The notes: a model not told the origin generated them from the sequence alone. Shown: positions 7,827 to 17,723, counted from the stretch's first letter. The stretch: 64,000 bases of DNA from an uncultured Bacteroidales bacterium (GCA_900319645.1 ONPG01000008.1:643-64642); one strand, 5' to 3'. Program-made: numbers and translations.

Positions 7827-10800
7827 TTACGGCGTGACAATCACGTGAGCAGTTTTGTCCGTTCCCTCCGAACGCAGGAGGAGAATATAACTTCCCGCCG
7901 TGTGAGGGGTATAGATGGCGCTGTTGTCATAGTCCTGCGCATCGTATCCGTGTCCCAGGAGATCGTACCAATAAGCGGTACCTTTGCCCTGAATAGTGAG
8001 CGGGGCGTGCGGTTTGACAAGCGAGGGCAAGTTGGAGATTTGGGATTCATCCACCTTGGTCGGTACGAACGAACAGGTGAAGAGCCCCACTCCGTCGTTA
8101 CGCCAGAGGTACGCCGTATATTCCTCTCCGAACCGGAGGTTGGAGCCGGGCGTGTGGTAATTGAAGGACCTGGCACCCTCGATAGGTTGCCCCGCGACGT
8201 ACCACTGGACGGAATCGAAGACGAATCCGCCGTTGTAGTCGCTGTTGCGTATAGCAAGGACGTCGTTCCAGCGCTGGGTGATAACAGAGGAAGCGTACTG
8301 CATGGTCAAGGTGAAAGGAATGGTGACATTCCACTTCGGAAGAGAATCCTCAAGCAGCAATCTGCCTTCATACACGTTGGGAGTCAGTTCCGGATCGATT
8401 GCAATCGGAAGCACGTAATGGCCTTTGCGTTGCACATCAGCTGCCGGTGAGATAGATGGAATAGCAGGATCGGAGAACGTATAGGAGAAACGCAGGGAGC
8501 GTCCCCGGGTGATATCGTACTCCAGATTAAGCACCTTGTCTCCCCCACAAAGGATATAGGATGTCTGCGGCATGTTGACCAAAAGCGATTCATAAATCTC
8601 AAAATTGAGGATCCAGGTAGTGTCACAATTATCCGGGGAAACAGGTACCGTATCCAGCGTGTTTTGCGAATAGGAACGTCCGTGGTAAGCAAAGGGCAGG
8701 CTCTCGGGCAGAACCAATGTATCCTCGTATATACGCACCGGTTCGTTGAGAATGAGATAGATAATACTATCGCAGGACGTTGCAGCATTAAACAACACCA
8801 CGGAATCCGTGCCATAATCGAAATAGGCGGTGTCGGGTTTCTCGCTCCATTGATATCCCGCCTTACGGACGTCATCACAAAGGGTCACGGAGACAGTATC
8901 TCGCGTCTCTTTCAATTCGTCCAGATGCAAGGTATAGTGGACGGTAGAATCACACGTACCGCTTGTAACACGCAAAGTGATCGGGTAAGTACCTCCCGAG
9001 GAAGGAAAATCAAAAGCGGGAGCAGGTTCGTCCGACCAACCACCCGGCAGACCTTCGATATTCCACTCGTAGCTGTCGATATGGTAGATGCTGCTCTCTA
9101 ATGTATCGCCTTTCACGTGGTCGATCTCCTGCACCCAAGACTGTGAACCATCCAACTGCACGTGGTATTTGCCGGTAGCGCAGGACTTGGTAACCGCGGG
9201 TTTTTGCATGATAGCAACCGGATTGGTAGCCAGCGTAGAGGCATAGAGCGAGAAGAAGCAGGAACTATCCTGAACGAACATACAATCGACCACATAGAGG
9301 CTGTCATCCTGATAGCCCGCCTCAAAATGTTGTTCGTGGCCCAAGACATACTGCTCGGGCATTGTGCCGTCCGGCAAGCGGTATTTCTCGGAGGAAGCGT
9401 ATGCCCAGCGATAGACGAATCCATCCGGTGCTTCGAAAACAGGATTGACAGCACCACATTTCATTCCTTTGAGTTTGCCATCGGAACAGCTGAGTGTGAA
9501 ATAAGCGTAACCGGCGTGAGCCGTTTGCGCGCAATCAAAGGTGGTAAGACGGACGGTTAGTTTCTTGCCCTGATACTCGGGCTTCTTGAGGTTGACACCA
9601 ACGGTGGTCCATTCTTTCCATACCACATCTGAAGATCTCAGATTTGCTTTGGCAGCGGGTGTAAGATGCCATCCTTGCTCAGCGGCTCCAGGTTTTAAAC
9701 CTCCATTGGCATAGGCCGAGTTGACATTGAAATCCGCCTGACCACACTCTCCAATAGAGTTATTTCCGATTCGAATATCCAGTTTAAAGCGAGATTGAAT
9801 ATCATCGTCGTGACCAGAGCCATTCTCAAAAACAGGTGCGTATTTTAGTAATAATACAGAATAATCGATTGTATCCACATTAAAAGAATACTCAATTCGT
9901 TCAGTCTGGTTTCCTCCCTCCCAGTTACCAAGCCGCACGGATGCCAATTCACCATCCGGAATAGTGGGAAGCAGACCTTCTGTATGAACATCTCGCTCCA
10001 TCTTATCAAAATGGATAGTATGCCGACTACTGCCTTGAGCCGGACCATCATCCACCGCCGGACCAAGTATATAATTATTGAAATTATTTGAAGAACTGAA
10101 CCCGGTTCCAGTATAACATTTCGCCGTTTCTAAATTCAGATAATCGACACACATCTGGTCAGGATAATAGACGAGCTTGGAGATGGAGGTTTTCAGACTA
10201 TAAAGTCCCTCCGCACATTTCGCGCGAACGATAAAATCAGTCTGACCAATAGGGAGATTGGAGAAGGAAGTGGTATTTCCCGTCACAATCTTCGGTCCAA
10301 ACCATGTTTCAGTTTCATAGGAATATGCCGACACTTCATATTCCGCCGAAGTCCCCACCCATGAGAGGAGGGATGTTGTTCCCTGGATGGATAATGTCAG
10401 TCCGGCAGGGGCATCGCAAGGGCGCGTATCGAGAATAGCTATATTATCCACCATAGCTCCCGGTTGCTGCGTCTGGTTAGCCGTGTTCGCCCACACAAAA
10501 GCGAGATAGTGAGGTTTGCCATCGCATTTCTTATTCTTGATAGCCGCCTCACATTGTTTCCAGGTCTGGGATCCTCCGACATAGTCCATATTCGCCTTCG
10601 GTTGGAGGGTGACCACATAGTTTTCGTAGGCAGACGGAATACCACTGGAAGCAGCGATAGACCCCACCTTGACCGAATCGCCGGTATCGGGATCGACCAT
10701 AGGAATCCACAGCACATAGATACCATCAAAATTGCTTGCCACATTACCCATACCACAATAATCAAAGGTAAGGATGTAGTCATCGTTGGTAGAAAGATGA

Positions 10801-11102
10801 TCAAGCGAAACGATATCGTAGGCGATAAGCCAACATCCGTTGCTTGAATAGTGCGCAGTAGCGCCCTCATCATCCGAGACATACAAGCCGTAGCTACCCG
10901 TCTTGTCGTTGTTACCGGGTGCCCCGATATACCATTTATTCTTCAGTTGACTGTAAATGGTAGCATTGGCAGCAGGATTCAAGACCCATCTGTCACGATC
11001 GGCTTGGTTCTCGAAATCACAATAATAATTCTGCAGAGCCTGCACAGGTATGGCAACGAAGATTGTTGCCATCAAAACTGCTATTTGAAATAATCGCTTC
11101 AT
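7827..11102 (-). CDS. Secreted ~1090-aa surface protein, putative T9SS cargo (paralog of 11119..14334)
   Basis: 1091-aa ORF with a signal peptide. Domains in order: an N-terminal FEN..W-type module (YCDFENQADRDRWVLNP), an Fn3-like segment, a conserved middle domain, CDS-type Cys repeats (SCDSIIYLILN, NCDTTWILNF), and a C-terminal beta-sandwich-like tail (..GSYILLLRSEGTDKTAHVIVTP) resembling a type A T9SS sorting domain. Confidence 0.75.
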   Translation of the reverse strand: MKRLFQIAVLMATIFVAIPVQALQNYYCDFENQADRDRWVLNPAANATIYSQLKNKWYIGAPGNNDKTGSYGLYVSDDEGATAHYSSNGCWLIAYDIVSLDHLSTNDDYILTFDYCGMGNVASNFDGIYVLWIPMVDPDTGDSVKVGSIAASSGIPSAYENYVVTLQPKANMDYVGGSQTWKQCEAAIKNKKCDGKPHYLAFVWANTANQTQQPGAMVDNIAILDTRPCDAPAGLTLSIQGTTSLLSWVGTSAEYEVSAYSYETETWFGPKIVTGNTTSFSNLPIGQTDFIVRAKCAEGLYSLKTSISKLVYYPDQMCVDYLNLETAKCYTGTGFSSSNNFNNYILGPAVDDGPAQGSSRHTIHFDKMERDVHTEGLLPTIPDGELASVRLGNWEGGNQTERIEYSFNVDTIDYSVLLLKYAPVFENGSGHDDDIQSRFKLDIRIGNNSIGECGQADFNVNSAYANGGLKPGAAEQGWHLTPAAKANLRSSDVVWKEWTTVGVNLKKPEYQGKKLTVRLTTFDCAQTAHAGYAYFTLSCSDGKLKGMKCGAVNPVFEAPDGFVYRWAYASSEKYRLPDGTMPEQYVLGHEQHFEAGYQDDSLYVVDCMFVQDSSCFFSLYASTLATNPVAIMQKPAVTKSCATGKYHVQLDGSQSWVQEIDHVKGDTLESSIYHIDSYEWNIEGLPGGWSDEPAPAFDFPSSGGTYPITLRVTSGTCDSTVHYTLHLDELKETRDTVSVTLCDDVRKAGYQWSEKPDTAYFDYGTDSVVLFNAATSCDSIIYLILNEPVRIYEDTLVLPESLPFAYHGRSYSQNTLDTVPVSPDNCDTTWILNFEIYESLLVNMPQTSYILCGGDKVLNLEYDITRGRSLRFSYTFSDPAIPSISPAADVQRKGHYVLPIAIDPELTPNVYEGRLLLEDSLPKWNVTIPFTLTMQYASSVITQRWNDVLAIRNSDYNGGFVFDSVQWYVAGQPIEGARSFNYHTPGSNLRFGEEYTAYLWRNDGVGLFTCSFVPTKVDESQISNLPSLVKPHAPLTIQGKGTAYWYDLLGHGYDAQDYDNSAIYTPHTAGSYILLLRSEGTDKTAHVIVTP

Positions 11103-11118
11103 ACGCGCGGTTTTATGG

Positions 11119-14100
11119 TTAGTTCACTATCATTATCTGGGCTTTTGTTTCGCCCTTTGTATTTACCGATTTGAGTACAAAAACACCTCTATCATCGGGC
11201 ACTATCAACGTAGTATATCCCTGAGGGAGGGTATAGGAGCTATAATGTTGACCGGAGACGGTGTAATAACTTATTATGGCGGACTGCTCCATATATATAG
11301 GCAGTTTTTGCCCCGCATTGACAATTGTAGGATAAGGCGTTTGCTGCTCGTGATAGACAGGATAGATCGGGCAAGTAGCTATGCTCACGCTATCGGGACG
11401 GGTGAGTACTACGTAGTACTCGGACAAGGTATCAAGCGGCTGATAGAGATAAGAGCCAATCTCTCCCGCCAGAGGAACTCCGTTTTTGTACCACTGGAAT
11501 CGCGTGAACTTATATCCACCGTTAGCTTCCGGCGAAAGGAGAGTTAGCACATCATTCCATTTCTGCGCCACGACAGCGCTACTATAGCGGATTTCTACGT
11601 CCCGTGTCTCACGATAAACGCCGCAACAGAACTGATGGAATGCCAACTCAGCAGTATAGTATCCCGGCGTAATGTTGTTGGGATAGGGTATTGCAACAGT
11701 AGATACCGAAGAGTCGTAGATAACCGTATCACGCAGCTGAGGCGTATTGAACGTGATCACCAGACTATCGAAGACACCAGCCGTAATCGTGAATGGGATA
11801 AACAAGTTCTCATCATCCGCACAGAGGTAGGACAATGAATCTACGGAAGCATCCAAGCGCTGATTGACCGTCAGAGTCATATAAACCGCGCTATCGCAAC
11901 CATGAACGGACTTTAGCATAAAGAGCTGGTTGGTCATCGGATAGTTGTATGCATCACCGGCAATCACTACGCTACTATCCGAACAGATTGAGTCGTGGCG
12001 ATAGGTATCCTTCACCTCCGGCCAAACTTTCAAGTGAAGCGTGGATACGGAATCACATCCGGCAAAATTAGGATATACTCCTACATAAGTAGTATCGGTT
12101 TGGAACCATTTCTTGCCAAAATAGATCGGGCTTTCGGGGCATGTTTCATAGAAAAACTCCGTCTCACCAGGAATAATATTAGGCGTTATGATGGTATCAA
12201 TCCTGGTGCTATCGCATGCGTTTTCGACACCAATATAGGTTGTATAAATCACCTCTAATGTATCTCCCTCCGACCTACAGGTATATACCGGGCTCCAGTT
12301 GTATGACTCTGTGATAGAGCCGTCAGAGAGGCGTCTAAAGGACCAGTGTCCGTCTTCGGTCGGTTCGGAAGTGTGGTTTTCTTCGTCCTCGTATTTATAC
12401 ATCACATGCGAAGTATTGTGGAACCTAAGTTTACTGCTACACTCTTCATAGACGGGTTCGACGGTATAGGATGGCACCGGGAAACGCGGAGCGGAAATAG
12501 TGCTCACATCGAAGTAGCAGGAAGGATCTTCGATAAAGCTTACACGGCAGGTGTATTCCTGACGAGTAGGCTCAGCCGATAGTTCGCGATCGAACCAGAA
12601 AGGCTTATTACCCGGTGCATCAGGATTGCCTTTATACCACGCATAAGCGAATCCTTCCGGCGCAAAACACTCGATCTTGGCATCGTTGCCGCAATTCTCA
12701 GTCTCAATACGCGCTGAGGCGCAATCCACCGTTAAATAGGCATAGCCATAGTGTCCCGTTTGCGCACAATCGTAAGTAGTAAAGCGCACTTTGATATTTT
12801 GGCCGGCATAGGGCATCAGGTTGACTCCGATAGTAGTCCAATCTTTCCATGCAGCTTTATTATCCTTGGTTAAATTCCAACCGGCTTCCACACCATCGGA
12901 ATAAGAGAATACCGCCTGACCACAGGACTCATCAATCACATTGTCGTTCTCATCCAAAACCACCAAGTCAAAGGAAGGCTCTTCGTCGTGCGGGTGACCA
13001 CCCGGATTTTCCAGGACGACGGCATACTTGGCAATCAAGACGCCCTGGTTCTGCGCATCAACGGTAAAGTTATAGGTAATGGATTCGGCTTCAGCACCGT
13101 CGTTCCAGTTTCCTAACCGGACAGAAGCCAACGCTCCTTTAGGCACTGTAAACAACTGATCATCCGTACGCGGATCTGTCTCGGTAGGATCCATATGAAT
13201 CGTATGGCGGCTTTCCTCCGAATCGGGACCATTGTCAATAACACCTATATTATCATAAGGAGTAACACCTCCTGAAGAGCTTTTAAGCGGGTGGTAACCA
13301 TATGTGCAAACCACATTGGGACTATACAAATCCAGATATGCCACACAGTGATTCTCCGGACAATAGACCAGAATATTATTCTTGTAGCTGAAGTTGGATA
13401 CGAGGGAGCCGGCTTTACCGCACACTCGCACGTCATAAGTTCCCTCCATAATACGTTGTAGCACATAGGAACAATTCACACCGTCACGGGTATAGCCGTC
13501 CACGCCATCCCTGATACCATCCTGCCGACGCCAGGTAGAACTACCTATTTTGCGGTACTGTATCTCAAACTCATTCACCGCACCGGAACTCTCCCAGGAA
13601 ACAATCATCGTTGAATCGGCACAGACAGGTTCCGCCTGTACTTTCTTCGGCTTTTTGAGCGTTGCAGACCCTATCTGGATATTGTCGATACAGATACCGG
13701 ATTGGTGGATGTTTCCGTCAATATTTGCATTCACCCAAATGAACAGGATGGCAAAAACGAACCTCTTGGAATTGAGTCCGCTAACACGCACTTCATTAGA
13801 CAGAGCCACATTCTGCCATTGGTCGCTACCACATACGAACCGCTCTTTGGACTCGCCTAATTGCTCGCAAACCTGCGCAACCGCCTTGGGAAGTTCTCCA
13901 GACGTAGTTGATACGATATTATCCAGATACTGAGGATAGGTAGATGTAGTCAATGCCATCTCCGGACAAACGATCACATACAATTTCGAGTTCGTAGAAT
14001 CTCCCATTCCTTTCCAATCAAAACTGATGTCGTAGTTTTTCTGTTCGTCCGCATCCGGAAATTTAAAGCGCAGATAGGCAGCTACGATATTCGGCTGACT

Positions 14101-14334
14101 ACCATAGACCGGGTTGATGCCATCTGACGAGATATAGAGCGATTTGCGTCCCTCACTATGCACCATACTTCCTACCATCCATTTATCGGCGGCCGAAGAT
14201 GTATTCGGATTGAGCACCCAGCCAGAGAGATCTTCCGAATCCTCAAACGAGCAGGTATAAGGCACGCCAGTGGCTTGCGCCCAAGAGAGCACGCTGAAGA
14301 ACAAGATAATATGCAAGGTGAGGAATCTCCTCAT
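11119..14334 (-). CDS. Secreted ~1070-aa surface protein, putative T9SS cargo (paralog of 7827..11102)
   Basis: 1071-aa ORF with a signal peptide. It has the same domain order as its neighbour (YTCSFEDSEDLSGWVLNP; GCDSVSTLHLKV, GCDSAVYMTLTV; tail ..GVFVLKSVNTKGETKAQIMIVN). Only 16 nt separate it from the downstream gene. Confidence 0.75.
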   Translation of the reverse strand: MRRFLTLHIILFFSVLSWAQATGVPYTCSFEDSEDLSGWVLNPNTSSAADKWMVGSMVHSEGRKSLYISSDGINPVYGSQPNIVAAYLRFKFPDADEQKNYDISFDWKGMGDSTNSKLYVIVCPEMALTTSTYPQYLDNIVSTTSGELPKAVAQVCEQLGESKERFVCGSDQWQNVALSNEVRVSGLNSKRFVFAILFIWVNANIDGNIHQSGICIDNIQIGSATLKKPKKVQAEPVCADSTMIVSWESSGAVNEFEIQYRKIGSSTWRRQDGIRDGVDGYTRDGVNCSYVLQRIMEGTYDVRVCGKAGSLVSNFSYKNNILVYCPENHCVAYLDLYSPNVVCTYGYHPLKSSSGGVTPYDNIGVIDNGPDSEESRHTIHMDPTETDPRTDDQLFTVPKGALASVRLGNWNDGAEAESITYNFTVDAQNQGVLIAKYAVVLENPGGHPHDEEPSFDLVVLDENDNVIDESCGQAVFSYSDGVEAGWNLTKDNKAAWKDWTTIGVNLMPYAGQNIKVRFTTYDCAQTGHYGYAYLTVDCASARIETENCGNDAKIECFAPEGFAYAWYKGNPDAPGNKPFWFDRELSAEPTRQEYTCRVSFIEDPSCYFDVSTISAPRFPVPSYTVEPVYEECSSKLRFHNTSHVMYKYEDEENHTSEPTEDGHWSFRRLSDGSITESYNWSPVYTCRSEGDTLEVIYTTYIGVENACDSTRIDTIITPNIIPGETEFFYETCPESPIYFGKKWFQTDTTYVGVYPNFAGCDSVSTLHLKVWPEVKDTYRHDSICSDSSVVIAGDAYNYPMTNQLFMLKSVHGCDSAVYMTLTVNQRLDASVDSLSYLCADDENLFIPFTITAGVFDSLVITFNTPQLRDTVIYDSSVSTVAIPYPNNITPGYYTAELAFHQFCCGVYRETRDVEIRYSSAVVAQKWNDVLTLLSPEANGGYKFTRFQWYKNGVPLAGEIGSYLYQPLDTLSEYYVVLTRPDSVSIATCPIYPVYHEQQTPYPTIVNAGQKLPIYMEQSAIISYYTVSGQHYSSYTLPQGYTTLIVPDDRGVFVLKSVNTKGETKAQIMIVN

Positions 14335-14364
14335 ATTTCTGATTTCAATTTAGTGAACTATAAT

Positions 14365-16572
14365 TTAGTATATTTGCTGTATATCTGCACCATTGGTACC
14401 GGTAATGACGAACTCTACACGACGGTTGAGTTGGCGTCCTTCTTCAGTATCGTTGTCCGCAATCGGCTCTTTCTCGCCCTTGCCTTCAGCGGTGATACGT
14501 TCCGGAGCTACCCCACGCTCGATGAGGTTGTTACGAACGGCATTGGCACGACCTTCCGACAAGATCTGGTTCGCCTCGTCCGAACCGACGGCATCCGTAT
14601 GACCGACGATATGAATAGTCACACCCTCGTTCTCCTGCATAAAGCGCGCCAAGTCAGCCATAGCTGCTTCGGACTGAGGCAGGATATAGGTCTTGTTGGT
14701 AGCGAAGAACAGGTTCTCTATCTTCACCTTGATACCCTCCTTGATAGCCTGTATAAAGAGGTCGATGGTGTCACGCTCGAAGAGGATGGTATCTTCCTTC
14801 GGCATATAGCCTGCAGCAGTCAGATGAGCAATATAATTGCCTTTGGTAAGCGGCGTCTCGACAAATCCGTCGTCGGCAGCCTGTGCTACGTAGAGCGAGG
14901 TGGTATCCTGGACCGTTGTCAGGCGCACATTGGCTGCCACGGGATCCTTGGTCTCGCCGTCGTAGATATTCATGCACAAGGTATAGACCACCGGAGCCGG
15001 AATACGTTTGAGAGCTATGCGCACCGTATCGTAGGTGAACTCCTCGACGCGGTGGGTGACAGCCTCAGCCGGATAATAACCGTTCTTGGAAGCCGAGACG
15101 CGGTAGTCACCCTCGGCTACACGCCCCACTTTGACCTGACCTTGTTTGTTGGTATTCTTGGTCTTTTTCAGTTTCGCCGAGTCGGTTACCTCGACGGTCA
15201 CACCGCCAAGAGCCAATTGGGAATCTGCGTCGTAGGCATAGATGCCCAGTCGCGGCTGCGGCTTCAGAGGCAGCGGACTCTCCACCACCTGTTTGCGCGG
15301 CAGACTGAACCACACCGCCACTTTCACGCCCGCCAGGAAGGGATTGACATTCGCGTTGGCGACAGAGGTAGTCATCAAAGCCGAGTTAACCGGGAAATCC
15401 AAAGGATTGGGAGTAACTGCCATCTGCATAGGAATATCCTGTGCACCGTCTGCCGGACGCCGGGTAATCGAGTTGAGCACGCCATAGTCCGCAAAAAGCG
15501 AAACGCGCAACTTGGGAAGAGCCTGGATCCATTGGTCAAGATTCACACCAATCTCCGCAGAAGCAGCCAGATTCAATCCGAATTTCACATTCGTCGAAGG
15601 ACGGGACAATTCGGCATCGTTGACCAAAGCGTGTGCGTACATTTCGGTCAGATCAAGGATCAGCTCTTTGTCCTCAATGGTCGTGGTGAAGCGGCCGGAG
15701 AGGGAAGATGTACCCATTATACCCATTCCTACTTTCACACCCGCCTGCCAGAAGAGCGGCACCTTTTTCAGCTCCATACCCAGCAAAACCGGCACTTGCA
15801 CGAAACCTCCGACAATGCGGTCGTTCACATTTTGGAAGGCGTAGGTATAGGTCATCGTGTTCGGATAAGGATTCATTCCGTAGGACAAGAGCATCGTGCC
15901 GTCAGGCTGGTTGGAGACAGCCATATTGGTGTTGTAGGTATTGAACTCCGCACCTACAGTCATCAAGAACTGCTTGTATCGCATCTGGTATCCGAGACCC
16001 GCTCCGCCACCGACAAATCCTTTGTCTTTGTTCAGGAAACCAACTGGATTGGGTGTGCCCGGGTTAAAGGAGATACCGGAAGTAAAGAGATTGCTATAGC
16101 CCACTTGTCCCCAGAAACCCAGACGGTGGTCAATATCACGATTCTGATAAGCCATGACGCGTTTGTTGTTCTTCTCGATAGCAGCTATCTGCGCCAGATA
16201 TTGCGCTTTCTCCTCCGCAGCCGACAATTCCGGTTGGGACTTGGCAGTCTTGGCGGATTTGGCAGCCGGTTTGGCAGCCGGTTTGGAAGAAGCATTTGCC
16301 TGTTTAGCCTTGGCTTTTGCCGCCTCTTTCTTGCGTTTTTCCTGCTCTTTCTTCTTCTGCGCAGCCGCTTTCTCACGGGCTTTCTGAGCCTGTGCTTTCG
16401 CTTTCTCGCGTTCCTTGAGTTTCTTGGCTTTCTCTTTCTCGCGTTGCGCTTTGGCCTTGGCTTTGGCATCAGCCGCATAGACAGCAGCCACACTCTCACT
16501 GGTTAGGGACATTACCGGGACGATAGTCGTCATCCCGATCAGCAACAACAGTATGTAGATTGTCTGTTTCAT
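14365..16572 (-). CDS. OmpA-family outer membrane protein with K/A/E-rich linker, beta-barrel-like domain and two CarboxypepD_reg-like domains
   Basis: 735-aa ORF with a signal peptide. It has a lysine/alanine/glutamate low-complexity stretch (KAKAKAQREKEKAKKLKEREKAKAQ...). Its C-terminal OmpA-like peptidoglycan-binding domain carries HIVGHTDAVGSDEANQILSEGRANAV...NRRVEF. Confidence 0.85.
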   Translation of the reverse strand: MKQTIYILLLLIGMTTIVPVMSLTSESVAAVYAADAKAKAKAQREKEKAKKLKEREKAKAQAQKAREKAAAQKKKEQEKRKKEAAKAKAKQANASSKPAAKPAAKSAKTAKSQPELSAAEEKAQYLAQIAAIEKNNKRVMAYQNRDIDHRLGFWGQVGYSNLFTSGISFNPGTPNPVGFLNKDKGFVGGGAGLGYQMRYKQFLMTVGAEFNTYNTNMAVSNQPDGTMLLSYGMNPYPNTMTYTYAFQNVNDRIVGGFVQVPVLLGMELKKVPLFWQAGVKVGMGIMGTSSLSGRFTTTIEDKELILDLTEMYAHALVNDAELSRPSTNVKFGLNLAASAEIGVNLDQWIQALPKLRVSLFADYGVLNSITRRPADGAQDIPMQMAVTPNPLDFPVNSALMTTSVANANVNPFLAGVKVAVWFSLPRKQVVESPLPLKPQPRLGIYAYDADSQLALGGVTVEVTDSAKLKKTKNTNKQGQVKVGRVAEGDYRVSASKNGYYPAEAVTHRVEEFTYDTVRIALKRIPAPVVYTLCMNIYDGETKDPVAANVRLTTVQDTTSLYVAQAADDGFVETPLTKGNYIAHLTAAGYMPKEDTILFERDTIDLFIQAIKEGIKVKIENLFFATNKTYILPQSEAAMADLARFMQENEGVTIHIVGHTDAVGSDEANQILSEGRANAVRNNLIERGVAPERITAEGKGEKEPIADNDTEEGRQLNRRVEFVITGTNGADIQQIY

Positions 16573-16577
16573 TGGCT

Positions 16578-17555
16578 TTAATAAATAAGTTGGTTTCCTC
16601 CGCGATTGCGTTTTAATTGTTTTGTTTTCTTATGTTCATACTTATAAGATTTTCCAGGTTGCAGGATCTCAAATGCAATGGTATATTTGATACCAACATT
16701 CAGGTTTCGCACGATAGCTCCGTTGGTCAAATTGCTTCGCATCAAGGGCTGTACATAAAACTGCACCCCCTGATCCTCGGTTTCGTGATAATCAAAAATC
16801 GGATACGCATATTTCCCCGAAACCAGATTCAGTATGCCGCAATCGGCATAGGCTCCGATATACATGCGTATGTTATTCTTAGCAGAGCGGCTTCTATTAT
16901 CTATCTTGCCTAAACGGACACCAATCTCTGCATGCGCCAAGATATTCAGATTCCATTTCATAGGCAGCGTACCACTCTGCATGGTATTATCCGTTACAAA
17001 CTGATGATTAGGCATATCATGGAAATCATCATAGTAAAGGTTGTATTCGCCATAGGTGGTGTAAAGGGCTTTGGACATCGCTGCTCCATAGACATTGATT
17101 GCCACTTTGGGTCCCGCAACAAAATAGAACCGGTTCCATTCTCCGCCAAAGAGGATAGGAATGTTCAGATTCACCATATGTGTTCTGTCTTGCGATTGCG
17201 CAACAAGCACATGCATGTCAAACGCCTCGCCCTCGGTATCCTTCATCGGGATTGTGAAATCACGATCCTCTATTCGGTTGGCATTCAACTGGTATGCCCC
17301 TTCTGCCCCTATCGACATAAGGAATCGATTGTAATAAAGCCGATAAGCGACGCCAATATTTGCATTTATACCCGTTGAGGAGGGGTGATTCGGAATATTA
17401 TGTAACAAGGCAGCATAACCCAAATCGCCATTCAGTGAGATAAAGTGGCGGATTTCTGGCGTGAGCTTCGTGTGGGCGGTTGCGACTGTACACACAAGCA
17501 TCAAAAGGAATATATTTGCATACCTCAACACAGACTTTTTAATGCAAAAACACAC
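16578..17555 (-). CDS. Putative outer-membrane beta-barrel protein (family not recognised)
   Basis: 325-aa ORF with a hydrophobic N-terminus (IFLLMLVCTVATA). It shows an alternating beta-strand-like pattern and aromatic-rich segments, and its core is homologous to the middle of the adjacent OmpA protein. The start is uncertain: non-ATG candidates lie at 17555, 17531 and 17528. Confidence 0.55.
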   Translation of the reverse strand: MCFCIKKSVLRYANIFLLMLVCTVATAHTKLTPEIRHFISLNGDLGYAALLHNIPNHPSSTGINANIGVAYRLYYNRFLMSIGAEGAYQLNANRIEDRDFTIPMKDTEGEAFDMHVLVAQSQDRTHMVNLNIPILFGGEWNRFYFVAGPKVAINVYGAAMSKALYTTYGEYNLYYDDFHDMPNHQFVTDNTMQSGTLPMKWNLNILAHAEIGVRLGKIDNRSRSAKNNIRMYIGAYADCGILNLVSGKYAYPIFDYHETEDQGVQFYVQPLMRSNLTNGAIVRNLNVGIKYTIAFEILQPGKSYKYEHKKTKQLKRNRGGNQLIY

Positions 17556-17565
17556 AAATTGGCTG

Positions 17566-17596
17566 CAAAGTTACAAAAAAAATCTTATTTACGCAA
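17566..17596 (-). promoter_or_regulatory. Bacteroidota-type promoter (TTG-N20-TAACTTTG) for the barrel/OmpA/paralog operon
   Basis: The minus strand reads TTGCGTAAATAAGATTTTTTTTGTAACTTTG. It lies immediately upstream of the 16578..17555 ORF and downstream of the giant-gene terminator. Confidence 0.55.
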
Positions 17597-17660
17597 ATTT
17601 TTGTATATTTTTTTCATAAAAAAAGTTCTTTTTGTCAAATAGACGCATCGCGTGCGCGTA

Positions 17661-17700
17661 TATAAAACAAAGAGGTGCGCCCTCTCGGACGCGCCTCTTT
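17661..17700 (-). terminator. Rho-independent terminator after the giant cargo gene
   Basis: The minus-strand RNA reads AAAGAGGCGCG-UCCGAGAGG-GCGCACCUCUUU followed by GUUUUAUAUA. The stem has one internal mismatch. It starts ~24 nt after the stop at 17724. Confidence 0.6.
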
Positions 17701-17723
17701 GACTGATTATCAGAGGATTGGGA

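Noticed and set aside
16154-16499. Short ORFs in both strands over the K/A/E-rich region (16154..16387 +, 16185..16499 -)
   Set aside because: These are alternative-frame readings of the low-complexity GCN/AAR-rich segment of the OmpA-family gene.
14158-16506. 782-aa plus-strand ORF
   Set aside because: It is entirely antisense to the OmpA-family gene and to the end of the 1071-aa gene. Its translation is low-complexity (R, H and G rich) with no motifs. Long antisense ORFs are expected opposite strongly codon-biased genes.
16578-17555. Calling the 325-aa barrel protein PorP/SprF, PorQ or PorT
   Set aside because: Its position next to a giant adhesin suggested SprF. I could not find the N-terminal motifs I associate with PorP/SprF, and I cannot distinguish PorQ or PorT by eye. 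It is left as an unassigned barrel pending an HMM search.
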